Notes: a model not told the origin generated them from the sequence alone. Numbered from the stretch's first letter, positions 18,590-26,840 are shown. The stretch: 39,406 nt of DNA from Actinomycetota bacterium (GCA_020029625.1 JAIBJP010000013.1:1-39406), one strand, 5' to 3'. Program-made: numbers and translations.

Positions 18590-19387
18590 GTGAGCCGCGC
18601 GATTCCGTTCGAGAAATGGCACGGGTTGGGCAATGACTATCTGCTCGTCGAGAGGAGCTCCGCGGACGGAGCCCTCGAGCCCACGCTCGTCCGCAGGCTC
18701 TGCGACTACCACTTCGGCGTGGGTTCCGACGGCATTCTCGAAGTCGTGGCCGAGGAGGGCGCTCGGGCCGAGATCGTCATCTGGAATCCCGACGGCTCGA
18801 CGGCCGAGCTTTCCGGGAACGGGACTCGCATCGCGGCCCGCTGGCTCGCCCGACGTAGCGGCTCCGACGAGGTGACCATCGTCGTCGGCACGCGCGAGGT
18901 CGTGGCCCGGATGCGCGACCAGACCGAGGTCGAGATGGACATGGGACCCGTCGAGGTCGCGCCGACCGAAAGCCTGGAGGTCGACGGGCTCGCGCTCGCG
19001 TTCACGCCTGTCTCGGTCGGGAACCCGCATGCGGTCATCGCGCGGGAGCCCGACCGCACCGAGCTCTTGCGGCTCGGGCCTCTCGTCGAGAATCATCCGC
19101 GCTTTCCCGAGCGCACCAACGTCCAGCTCATGCGCGTGGATTCCCGCACGGAGACCACCGCAGGCGTGTGGGAGCGCGGAGCCGGGGAGACACTCTCCTC
19201 CGGAACCAGCGCCTGTGCGGTCGCCGCTGCCGCCGTCGCGAACGGGTGGTGCGACAGCCCGGTCACCGTTCATCTCGCCGGCGGCGACCTGTTCGTCGAG
19301 CTGGACGAGCGCTTGCACGCGCGGCTTACCGGCTCCGCCGAAGAGATCTGCCACGGCGAGACCACAGAGGAGTGGCTCGACCGATGA
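18590..19387 (+). CDS. dapF: Diaminopimelate epimerase homologue (DapF fold) with Ser at both catalytic Cys positions
   Basis: WHGLGNDYLLVE, NPDGSTAELSGNGTR, VSVGNPHAV and GETLSSGTSACA match DapF blocks. It sits in the canonical miaA-dapF-hflX position. The two active-site Cys positions are TCC Ser codons (18812-14 and 19199-201). Confidence 0.85.
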   Translation: MSRAIPFEKWHGLGNDYLLVERSSADGALEPTLVRRLCDYHFGVGSDGILEVVAEEGARAEIVIWNPDGSTAELSGNGTRIAARWLARRSGSDEVTIVVGTREVVARMRDQTEVEMDMGPVEVAPTESLEVDGLALAFTPVSVGNPHAVIAREPDRTELLRLGPLVENHPRFPERTNVQLMRVDSRTETTAGVWERGAGETLSSGTSACAVAAAAVANGWCDSPVTVHLAGGDLFVELDERLHARLTGSAEEICHGETTEEWLDR

Positions 19388-20559
19388 AGTTCGCCCGGCG
19401 CCTCGAACTCGTCCCGCCGTACCTGTTCGCCGAGCTCGAGCGCAGGATCGACGAGAAGAAACAGGCAGGCGTCGACGTCATCAGCCTCGGCATCGGCGAT
19501 CCGGACTTACCGGCCCCTGCGGCGGTTGTCGAGGAGATGCAGCGCCAGGTCGCGCGCCCCGAGACGCATCGCTACCCGTCGAACCGGGGCCTTGGTGCCT
19601 TTCGCGAGACAGTGTGCGCCTTCTACCGAGACCGTTTCGACGCCGAGATCGACCCGGAGACCGAGGTGATCCCGGTCCTCGGCGGCAAGGAGGGAGTTGC
19701 TCACATCGCCTTTGCCTGCCTCGAGAGCGGAGACCTCTGCCTGGCGCCCGAGCCCGGCTATCCGCCGTACACGTCAGGCCCGCTCTTCGCAGGCGCCGAG
19801 CTCCACTACCTGCCTCTGGGCGAGGAACACGATTTTACCCCCGACTTCGACGTCATCCCGGCAGACATCTGGAAGCGCGCCAACCTGCTCTTTCTGAACT
19901 ACCCGAACAATCCCACCGGCTCGATCGCGCCCCCCGATCTGTTTGCGCGGGTCGTCGAGCTCGCGCAGCGGCACGGTGTAATCGTCGTGCACGACAGCGC
20001 CTACTCGGAGGTCGCCTTCGACGGCTACCGGCCGCCGAGCTTCCTCGCGACCGAGGGCGCCAAGGATGTCGGTGTCGAGATCTTCTCGCTCTCCAAAGGC
20101 TGGAACATGACCGGCTGGAGGGTGGCCTGGATCGCCGGCAATCCGGAGATCGTCGACCGTTATCGGAGCCTGAAGACGAACCTGGATTCGGGGATGTTCG
20201 ATGCGCTCCAGCATGCGGCGATCGCCGCGCTGACCGCGGCACGTGACTTCCCGGCGGAGATGTCCGAGATCTATCGTCGCCGGCGGAACCTGATGATCGA
20301 AGCGCTTGCCGCCATCGGCCTGCCTTCCTCGCCGCCCAAGGCCACGCCCTACATCTGGGTGCGCGTCCCGGACGGCTACACGTCGGCGAGCTTCACCGAG
20401 CTGGTGCTCGAGGAGGCGGCGGTCGTCGTCTCCCCGGGCCCGTCCTTCGGGCCGAGCGGCGAGGGGTACGTCCGCATCTCGCTGACAGTCGCCGACGAGC
20501 GCCTCGAGGAGGCGGCTCGCCGGATCGCGTCTTCGCTTCGCGTCGAGGCGACGGCATAA
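19384..20559 (+). CDS. Class I/II PLP aminotransferase, probable LL-diaminopimelate aminotransferase (DapL-like)
   Basis: PPYLFAELERRIDEKKQAGVDVISLGIGDPDLPAP is a DapL-type N-terminus. The PLP lysine lies in FSLSKGWNMTGWR. ATGA overlap with the dapF stop. Confidence 0.78.
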   Translation: MKFARRLELVPPYLFAELERRIDEKKQAGVDVISLGIGDPDLPAPAAVVEEMQRQVARPETHRYPSNRGLGAFRETVCAFYRDRFDAEIDPETEVIPVLGGKEGVAHIAFACLESGDLCLAPEPGYPPYTSGPLFAGAELHYLPLGEEHDFTPDFDVIPADIWKRANLLFLNYPNNPTGSIAPPDLFARVVELAQRHGVIVVHDSAYSEVAFDGYRPPSFLATEGAKDVGVEIFSLSKGWNMTGWRVAWIAGNPEIVDRYRSLKTNLDSGMFDALQHAAIAALTAARDFPAEMSEIYRRRRNLMIEALAAIGLPSSPPKATPYIWVRVPDGYTSASFTELVLEEAAVVVSPGPSFGPSGEGYVRISLTVADERLEEAARRIASSLRVEATA

Positions 20560-20566
20560 TCAGACC

Positions 20567-21871
20567 GTGACCCACCACCAGCCCGACCCCGCGCCCGGGG
20601 CTGAGCCGGAGCGCGGCTTTCTCGTCGCGGTGCTGGCGCAGGGGGTGGAGGAAGACGAGGAGCTGGGGGAGATGCGCGAGCTCATGCGCGCGGCCGGCGT
20701 TGAGCCTGTGGGGGAGCTGCTGCAACGGCGGCCCGCCCCCGACCCGCGGACCTACGTCGGCAAGGGCAAGCTCGCCGAGCTGAAGGAAGCCGTGCCGCGG
20801 ACGAAGGCCGAGTCTCTCATCGTCGACGACGACCTGGATCCCGGCCAGCAGCGGCGGCTTGAGGACGAGCTGAAGCTACGCGTCGTCGACCGCACGCAGC
20901 TCATCCTCGACATCTTCGCCCAGCACGCCGTCAGCGCCGAGGGAAAGCTCCAGGTCGAGCTCGCGCAGCTCGAGTACAACCTCCCCCGCATGCGCGGCCT
21001 CTGGCAGCACCTCGAACGGCTGGGCGGCGGTATCGGGACCCGAGGGCCCGGAGAGACGCAGCTCGAGACCGACCGCCGTCTTGCCCGCCGGCGCGTCGGA
21101 CAGCTGAAGGGGCGTCTGCAGGAGCTCGAACGCCGCCGGCAGACGCAGCGGAAGGCTCGCCGGCGGGCGGAGACGCCCATCGTCGCGCTCGCCGGCTACA
21201 CGAACACTGGCAAGTCGACGCTGCTCAATGCGCTGACGGACGCCGAGGTCTCGGTCGACGACCGCCTCTTCGAGACGCTCGACCCGACGACGCGCAGCTT
21301 CGTCCAGGACGGCCGCCGTTACCTCGTAACCGACACGGTCGGGTTCATTCGGCGACTGCCCCACCAGCTCGTCGAAGGCTTTGCGGCCACCCTCGAGGAG
21401 ACCGTCGACGCGGACCTCGTCCTGCACGTAGCGGACGCCTCGGCGCCCGACGAGCGCCTCGACGACATGATCGGCGCCGTCGACTCGGTGCTCGCGGAGA
21501 TCGGCGCGGCGGAGGTCCCGATCGAGCTCGTCCTGAACAAGATCGACGAGGTCGACCCTCTGAGGCGACGGCGCCTCGCGAACCGCTTCCCCGGGTCGCT
21601 AGAGATCTCTGCCCTGACCGGGGAAGGGCTGGACGACTTGCGCGCCCGCGTCGCCGAGCGCTTTGGTGAGCGGCTGCGGCCGGTGCGCCTGCTCGTTCCC
21701 TACGACCAGGGGAGGATTCTGGCGGAGCTCTACGAGCTTGGGGCCCCCATCGAAGAGCGCCTCGACACGTCGGAGGGCGTGATCGTCGTCGCCCGGCTGC
21801 CGCAGCGCGAGGTGGCGCGCTTCGCGCCCTACCTTGTCTCCGAGCCGGCCGCGCGAGCGCGGGGCCGGTGA
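20567..21871 (+). CDS. hflX: GTPase HflX
   Basis: HflX N-domain (...QLEYNLPRMRG...GPGETQLETDRR...). G1 motif GYTNTGKST and DTVGF are present. Confidence 0.94.
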   Translation: MTHHQPDPAPGAEPERGFLVAVLAQGVEEDEELGEMRELMRAAGVEPVGELLQRRPAPDPRTYVGKGKLAELKEAVPRTKAESLIVDDDLDPGQQRRLEDELKLRVVDRTQLILDIFAQHAVSAEGKLQVELAQLEYNLPRMRGLWQHLERLGGGIGTRGPGETQLETDRRLARRRVGQLKGRLQELERRRQTQRKARRRAETPIVALAGYTNTGKSTLLNALTDAEVSVDDRLFETLDPTTRSFVQDGRRYLVTDTVGFIRRLPHQLVEGFAATLEETVDADLVLHVADASAPDERLDDMIGAVDSVLAEIGAAEVPIELVLNKIDEVDPLRRRRLANRFPGSLEISALTGEGLDDLRARVAERFGERLRPVRLLVPYDQGRILAELYELGAPIEERLDTSEGVIVVARLPQREVARFAPYLVSEPAARARGR

Positions 21872-22305
21872 TCGAAGTCGCGATCACGCGTGTGCGCGCG
21901 GACGCGCGTCTGCCCGAGCGCGCCTACGCCGGAGATGCGGGTTTCGACCTGGCGACGTGCGAGGCTGTCCGGCTGGCCCCCGGCGAACGTGCCCTCGTGC
22001 CCACAGGGCTCGCCGTCGCCATTCCCGAGGGCTATGCGGGGTTTGTACAGCCGCGCTCTGGCCTGGCCGCCCGCGACGGGATCACGGTCGTGAACTCGCC
22101 GGGACTCGTTGACCCGGGTTACCGGGGGGAGATCCAGGTCGTGCTCCTGAACACGGATCGGGAGCGCACGTTCACCGCCGAGGCGGGCGAGCGGATCGCC
22201 CAACTCGTCGTCCTCGCCGTACCCGAGCTCACGCTGCGCGAGGTTGCGGACCTTCCCGCGAGCGAGCGGGGCGTGCGCGGCTTCGGCTCTTCACAAACCG
22301 TGTGA
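21868..22305 (+). CDS. dut: dUTP diphosphatase
   Basis: AGDAGFDL, PRSGLA, VDPGYRGEI and a C-terminal RGxxGFGSS are the dUTPase motifs 1-5. GTGA overlap with hflX. Confidence 0.94.
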   Translation: MIEVAITRVRADARLPERAYAGDAGFDLATCEAVRLAPGERALVPTGLAVAIPEGYAGFVQPRSGLAARDGITVVNSPGLVDPGYRGEIQVVLLNTDRERTFTAEAGERIAQLVVLAVPELTLREVADLPASERGVRGFGSSQTV

Positions 22306-22754
22306 TGGAACCCCGCATTCGCGTGTCGGCGATCCTGCGGCGGGAGACCGGGGTCCTCCTCGTCCGCCAAGAGAAGCCGGGACGCGAGTACTGGCTGCTG
22401 CCGGGAGGCGGGGTCAACGCGGGAGAGTCGCTCGTCGATGCGCTCCGTCGCGAGCTCGAGGAGGAAGTTGGGCTCGCCGAAGACTTCGTCTTCGAGGGCC
22501 CGGTGGCGATCGCGGACTCGATCGCGCCTCCGGGCGCACCCGCGAAGCACGTCGTCCACATCATCTTCGCCGGACATCTGGGGCGCCGCTCGCTCGAGCG
22601 CGTGACCTCGGCCGACGCGGCCGTCCGCAACCATCGCCTCTTCGACCCGGAAGAGCTCGTGGGCATCACGCTCCACCCGCCGATCCAGCGCTTCCTAGCC
22701 CGCTGGCAGCCCGGCGACCCGGTTGTCTACCTCGGCGCCATGTGGGCCCCCTGA
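22302..22754 (+). CDS. NUDIX hydrolase
   Basis: Nudix box GGGVNAGESLVDALRRELEEEVGL. The start overlaps the dut stop (GTG 22302 or ATG 22305). Confidence 0.88.
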   Translation: MMEPRIRVSAILRRETGVLLVRQEKPGREYWLLPGGGVNAGESLVDALRRELEEEVGLAEDFVFEGPVAIADSIAPPGAPAKHVVHIIFAGHLGRRSLERVTSADAAVRNHRLFDPEELVGITLHPPIQRFLARWQPGDPVVYLGAMWAP

Positions 22755-22761
22755 GCAGGCG

Positions 22762-23517
22762 CTAGAAACGGCCGCCGCGCGCGCGGGCCCGCTCGGCAGA
22801 CACTCGCTGCGCGGAGCTCTCGAAATCGTCGGGGAGCGGCTCGAGATCGGGCGGCTCCCCCAGCCGGCGGGCGAGCGCCTTTCCGATCAGCCAGTCCGCG
22901 AGCCACGGGTTACGGGGGAGGAGAGGGCCGTGCAAGTACGTCCCCAGTGCGCTGCCGAAGCGGGAGCCTTCGACGCCGTCCTCGCCGTTGTTCCCGAAGC
23001 CCGCGACGACGCGTCCAAGCGGCTCTGCGCCCTCATCGAGGTACGTTCGGCCGGCGTGGTTCTCGAAGCCGGCGAGCGTTCGCCGGTGGCCGGGCTCGAG
23101 CTCGCACTCGAGCAGGACGTCCCCGATCATGCGGCGCTCGCCGGCGACGGTGTGCTGGGGGAGGAGGCCGATGCCGGGAAGCTCGGCGCCCGAGCGCCCG
23201 CGGTAGAAACGTCCTAGGAGCTGGTAGCCGCCGCAGACCGCGAGGAACGCGGCTCCGCCGGCGACTGCTTCGCGGAGGGACTCTCCCTTCGTCGCCAGGT
23301 CGGGGGCGACCAGCGCCTGCTCCCGGTCCTGGCCTCCCCCGACGTAGTAGAGGTCGTGCTCATCCGGGTTCGCTTCCTCGCCGAGGCCGATGGTGCGGTA
23401 GTCGAACCCGATTCCCCGCCAGGCAGCGCGACGCTCCAGCACGGCGATGTTGCCGCGGTCGGCGTAGATGTTCAAGTAGTCCGGATAGAGGTGCCCGACG
23501 ACGATCTTCGGCTTCAC
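22762..23517 (-). CDS. gatD: Lipid II isoglutaminyl synthase, glutaminase subunit GatD (CobQ-type GATase)
   Basis: VKPKIVVGHLYPDYLNIYADRGN..., nucleophile AVCGGYQLLG, and His in GTYLHGPLL. The GTG at 23517 overlaps the murT stop. The upstream part of ORF 22762..24261 is another reading frame of murT. Confidence 0.88.
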   Translation of the reverse strand: MKPKIVVGHLYPDYLNIYADRGNIAVLERRAAWRGIGFDYRTIGLGEEANPDEHDLYYVGGGQDREQALVAPDLATKGESLREAVAGGAAFLAVCGGYQLLGRFYRGRSGAELPGIGLLPQHTVAGERRMIGDVLLECELEPGHRRTLAGFENHAGRTYLDEGAEPLGRVVAGFGNNGEDGVEGSRFGSALGTYLHGPLLPRNPWLADWLIGKALARRLGEPPDLEPLPDDFESSAQRVSAERARARGGRF

Positions 23518-24878
23518 GCAGCCTCCTCCCAGTACGGACGTGCGAGCCCTCGCGCGACCGCGATCCTGCGCAGGGCGAGCATGGCGGTGTACGTCGGGAG
23601 GACGACGAGCTCCGCGCCCCGGGGCGTCAGCTCCAGACCCCGGTCGAGCGCGCGCTCGAGGTCGGCGACCACCTCGATGCGCTCGGGCGGCACGCCGCCG
23701 TATTTGAAGCGCAGGGCGAGCTCGTGCGCCCGCCCGCCGGTCACGACCAGCCGCTCGAGACCCTCGGCGAGGGGCTCGAAGTCGACGTCCCAGATCCAGG
23801 ACACGTCCCGTCCGTCCGCGATGTTGTCGTTCAGCGCCACGACGGCCACGCGCGGCCCCCCGTCGGCGACGAGCGTGCGCACCACCTCGTTTGCCCCCGC
23901 GGGGTTCTTGATCAAGAGCAGGAGGACGGCCTTGTCGCCGGACGGGATCCGCTCGAAACGGCCGAAGGCGGCGCGGAAGCGCGCGAGGCCCGCCTCGACG
24001 TCGTCCAGCGAGGCTCCGAGCACGAGGGCGAGGGACGCGGCCGCGACAGCGTTGTAAACGTTGTAGAGGCCCGGGAGCGGTAGGGAGACGCGCCTCGTTC
24101 CCTGGGGGGTGACGAGGTCGAACGCGGCGCTCTCGAGCCCGGAGAGCACGATCGACCGCGCAGCCACGTCGAGCGGTGGCCGCTCCTCCCCGCATCCGGG
24201 GCAGGCGTAGTCGCCCAGATGCCCAACGTAGGCAGCGCGATACGTGTAGGGCGCGCCGCACGAGCGGCAGTACTTCGAGTCGGCGGCGTGGGGGAGTCGC
24301 TCGCGTGCAGCCGTAGGGTCGTCAAGGCCGAAGCGCAGAAGGTTCGCGCGTCCCCGCGCGATGTCCGCCAGGAGGGGGTCGTCGACGTTCACGATCGCGG
24401 TGGCGCCCGCATCTAGCTCAGCGAGGGCGCTCCGCCAGCGCTCGGCCACGAGCTCGAGCTCGCCGTAGCGATCGAGCTGGTCACGGAAGAGGTTCCCGAG
24501 GCAGACCGCATGAGGCCTGATTCGGCCGACCACGTCGGGAAATGCGCCCTCGTCCACCTCGAAGAGGCCCAGCTCCGCGTCGGGGGCGGCCAGGAGAGCC
24601 GAGGCGACGCCCGAGACCAGGTTGGCGCCTGCGCGGTTGTGTGCGAGGCGAACCCGCCCCCCCAGGATCTCCGCGACGATCGCCGCTGTCGTGGTCTTGC
24701 CGTTCGTGGCCGACACGAGCGCGGAGCCGCGGGGCAGGCGCTGGGCCAGCGTCCGCAGCGCGCGGGGATCGAGCGCCGCGAGGATCTTCCCCGGAAGGGT
24801 CGTGCCGCCGCCCCGGCCCGCAAGGCGCGACAGGCGCCCCGCCGCTCTCGCGACGGCGATTTCGAGCTGAAGTCGCAC
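23514..24878 (-). CDS. murT: Lipid II isoglutaminyl synthase, Mur-ligase-like subunit MurT
   Basis: ATNGKTTT P-loop, Cys4 ribbon (CRSCG...CPGCG) and the NDNIADGRDVSWIWD motif of the DUF1727 C-terminus. GTG at 24878 has AGGA 9 nt upstream. The longer ORF extends antisense into the protease gene. Confidence 0.9.
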   Translation of the reverse strand: MRLQLEIAVARAAGRLSRLAGRGGGTTLPGKILAALDPRALRTLAQRLPRGSALVSATNGKTTTAAIVAEILGGRVRLAHNRAGANLVSGVASALLAAPDAELGLFEVDEGAFPDVVGRIRPHAVCLGNLFRDQLDRYGELELVAERWRSALAELDAGATAIVNVDDPLLADIARGRANLLRFGLDDPTAARERLPHAADSKYCRSCGAPYTYRAAYVGHLGDYACPGCGEERPPLDVAARSIVLSGLESAAFDLVTPQGTRRVSLPLPGLYNVYNAVAAASLALVLGASLDDVEAGLARFRAAFGRFERIPSGDKAVLLLLIKNPAGANEVVRTLVADGGPRVAVVALNDNIADGRDVSWIWDVDFEPLAEGLERLVVTGGRAHELALRFKYGGVPPERIEVVADLERALDRGLELTPRGAELVVLPTYTAMLALRRIAVARGLARPYWEEAA

Positions 24879-24893
24879 CCGCTCAATCCTACG

Positions 24894-24911
24894 TTCACTC
24901 GAAGGAGTGAA
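24894..24911. promoter_or_regulatory. Palindromic hairpin or operator TTCACTC-GAAG-GAGTGAA in the murT / protease-1 divergent spacer
   Basis: Perfect 7-bp inverted repeat around a GAAG loop. Related copies occur at 26794-26810 and 28828-28847. Confidence 0.4.
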
Positions 24912-25025
24912 TCTCGGCCCGTTCCCTCGTTCCAGGGAGGAGCGGGAGGCCCAGTCCGTTCGATGTAGGTGCCGACGGACTTCCCTTGCGGCCCGCGCGC
25001 CAGCGCGGAGGAAGGAATCGACGGC

Positions 25026-26768
25026 ATGCGGCCAGTCGGCGGCACGAAGGGCAATCTGCGAGGCAGCGCTCTCTGGGGCAAGAAGACCAAGGGCGAGGCT
25101 CGCTCGAGCGCGCTCTGGGGCAAGCCCGGGCGCCGCTTCGCCGCCTTCCTCGCCGTGGTCGGCGTGCTCGCCGCTCCGGTTGCCGCACCCGCCTCGACCG
25201 GGAGCGCGGCCTCTTCGGGCGCGCTCGTCCCCGAAGCGCTGCTCGCCCGCGCGCAGGGCCATCCCACCTGGAGCTTCCGCGTTATCGTGCAGGCGAAGCC
25301 GGGCAAGAGCTCGACGTACGTCGCGAGCCTCGTCAGAGACGTCGTCTCGAAGCACCCCGGCAAGTCCAAGGGTTTGAAGAAGAAGTTTTCCGCCGTCAAC
25401 GGCGTCGCCGCCCAGTTGACAGGCGCGCAGCTCGTGCAGCTGGCGAAGCAGAAGGGCATCCTGGCCATCACGCGCGACCGGCGACTCGTCGCCACCGGTC
25501 AGTTCTCGAACGACCAGGGTTGGGCGCAAACCGCAGGCGTGGACGACTACTGGGTCGGCCAGGCGCTTTCCGGCCTCGCGATGCCGGCGATCGCAATCGT
25601 CGACTCCGGCGTCCAGACGGGCCGGCTCGATTTCAGCGGACGCCTGCTCAAGCAGGTTCGCCTCACGAGCCTCGCTCCGAACTCGCTCGGCGACGGGCGC
25701 GGCCACGGAACCTTCGTCGCGGGCATCGCGGCCGGCGCGGCCACCAGGTACGCAGGCGCAGCTCCGACGGCACCGATCGTCTCCCTCGACGTCATGGATG
25801 ACAACGGCATGGCGCTGACGAGCGATGTCATCGCCGCGGCCGACTGGATCCTGCAGAACAAGGCGGCCTACAACATCCGGGTCGCCAACTTCTCGCTGCA
25901 GTCCTCGACCCCGGCCAGCTTCGCTTACGACCCGCTCGACCAGGCGGTCGAGAAGCTCTGGTTCTCCGGTGTCGTTGTGGTCGCCTCCGCCGGCAACTAC
26001 GGCGACAACGGCCAGCCGACGACGGTCGGGTACGCCCCCGGCAACGATCCCTTCATCATCACGGTCGGCGCCTCAGATCTGAACGGAACGCCGTGGAGCG
26101 CTGCGGACGACTTCGCGGCTCCCTGGTCGGCCTTCGGCTACACGCTCGACGGCTTCGCGAAGCCTGACATCGGCGCCCCTGGACGGGTGCTCGTGGGCCC
26201 GGTTCCCTCGTTGTCGACGATGGCGCGTGAGCACCCCGAGCGGGTGACGGCGCCCGGCTACATGTGGATGTCCGGAACGTCTTTCGCCGCGCCCGTCGTC
26301 TCCGGCGCGGCAGCGCTGGTCATCGCCCATCACCCGAACTGGACGCCCGACCAAGTCAAGGGCGCCCTCATGCTGAGCGCGCAGCCTACGGCCGGTGGCA
26401 TGGCTCTGGGCGTGGGGGAGGTCGACGCGAACGCGGCCTCGCAAGTAGCGAGCCCGCCCAACCCGAATCTCGCCCTGAACCAGTTCGTCAGCCCCGACGT
26501 CTCCGGTGGCTTCGCCTTCGACGCGGCCAGCTGGGCCAACACGGCTCAGGCGGACGCGTCATGGAACAGCGCCTCCTGGAACAGCGCGTCCTGGGCGAAC
26601 GCCTCCTGGGCAAATGCCTCCTGGAACAGCGCTTCCTGGGCGAACGCTTCTTGGGCCGCAGCCTCCTGGGCCGCAGCCTCGTGGAATGCCGCCAGCTGGG
26701 CGAACGCTTCCTGGGCCGCCGCCTCGTGGAGCGCTGCCAGCTGGGCCGCAGCGGCCTGGGCTTCATAG
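25026..26768 (+). CDS. Secreted/membrane-anchored S8 subtilisin-like serine peptidase 1 (I9 propeptide + S8 domain + ASWxx pentapeptide array)
   Basis: Catalytic triad contexts AIVDSGV, GHGTFVAGIAAG and SGTSFAAPVVSGAAA. An I9-like propeptide is present. ATG 25026 has GGAGGAAGGA upstream. The N-terminus carries two SALWGK motifs before the hydrophobic segment. Confidence 0.9.
   Translation: MRPVGGTKGNLRGSALWGKKTKGEARSSALWGKPGRRFAAFLAVVGVLAAPVAAPASTGSAASSGALVPEALLARAQGHPTWSFRVIVQAKPGKSSTYVASLVRDVVSKHPGKSKGLKKKFSAVNGVAAQLTGAQLVQLAKQKGILAITRDRRLVATGQFSNDQGWAQTAGVDDYWVGQALSGLAMPAIAIVDSGVQTGRLDFSGRLLKQVRLTSLAPNSLGDGRGHGTFVAGIAAGAATRYAGAAPTAPIVSLDVMDDNGMALTSDVIAAADWILQNKAAYNIRVANFSLQSSTPASFAYDPLDQAVEKLWFSGVVVVASAGNYGDNGQPTTVGYAPGNDPFIITVGASDLNGTPWSAADDFAAPWSAFGYTLDGFAKPDIGAPGRVLVGPVPSLSTMAREHPERVTAPGYMWMSGTSFAAPVVSGAAALVIAHHPNWTPDQVKGALMLSAQPTAGGMALGVGEVDANAASQVASPPNPNLALNQFVSPDVSGGFAFDAASWANTAQADASWNSASWNSASWANASWANASWNSASWANASWAAASWAAASWNAASWANASWAAASWSAASWAAAAWAS
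26526..26765 (+). repeat. 15-nt (pentapeptide ASWxx) tandem array, 16 units, forming the C-terminus of peptidase 1
   Basis: ASWAN TAQAD ASWNS ASWNS ASWAN ASWAN ASWNS ASWAN ASWAA ASWAA ASWNA ASWAN ASWAA ASWSA ASWAA AAWAS, then the stop. Confidence 0.9.
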
Positions 26769-26793
26769 CGCCCCGAGCGCCTCAGCACGCCAA

Positions 26794-26840
26794 TCCCTCG
26801 AAAGAGTGAACCTCGTCCCTCCTCCCGCAAACGGGGGACG
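26794..26840 (+). terminator. Two-hairpin module after peptidase 1 and before peptidase 2
   Basis: H1 is TCCCTC-GAAA-GAGTGA with one mismatch. H2 is CGTCCC...CCCG-caaa-CGGG...GGGACG. It starts 26 nt after the stop. No U-tract, so terminator versus regulatory function is unresolved. Confidence 0.4.

Noticed and set aside
25127-25160. Possible twin-arginine (Tat) signal GRRFAAFL in peptidase 1.
   Set aside because: The paralogue has GRGFLATL at the same place, with no RR pair, and neither fits S/T-R-R-x-F-L-K well. The conserved feature is the SALWGK pair instead.
23518-25706. Upstream extensions of the gatD ORF (to 24261) and the murT ORF (to 25706).
   Set aside because: The extensions are Arg/Ala/Pro-rich and overlap murT or run antisense into peptidase 1. 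Conserved N-termini with plausible GTG starts exist at 23517 and at 24878 (with an RBS).
26781-26812. Resemblance of CGCCAAUCCCUCGAAAGAGUGAAC to the GGCAAACC-AUUC-GAAA-GAGU-GGGAC part of the c-di-GMP-I (GEMM-I) riboswitch. This was tempting because a GGDEF/HD-GYP gene lies in the same gene row.
   Set aside because: The conserved GACGCAAAGCC junction and the second-hairpin/tetraloop-receptor features are absent. The other two module copies lack even the partial match. The similarity reduces to a GNRA-capped hairpin.
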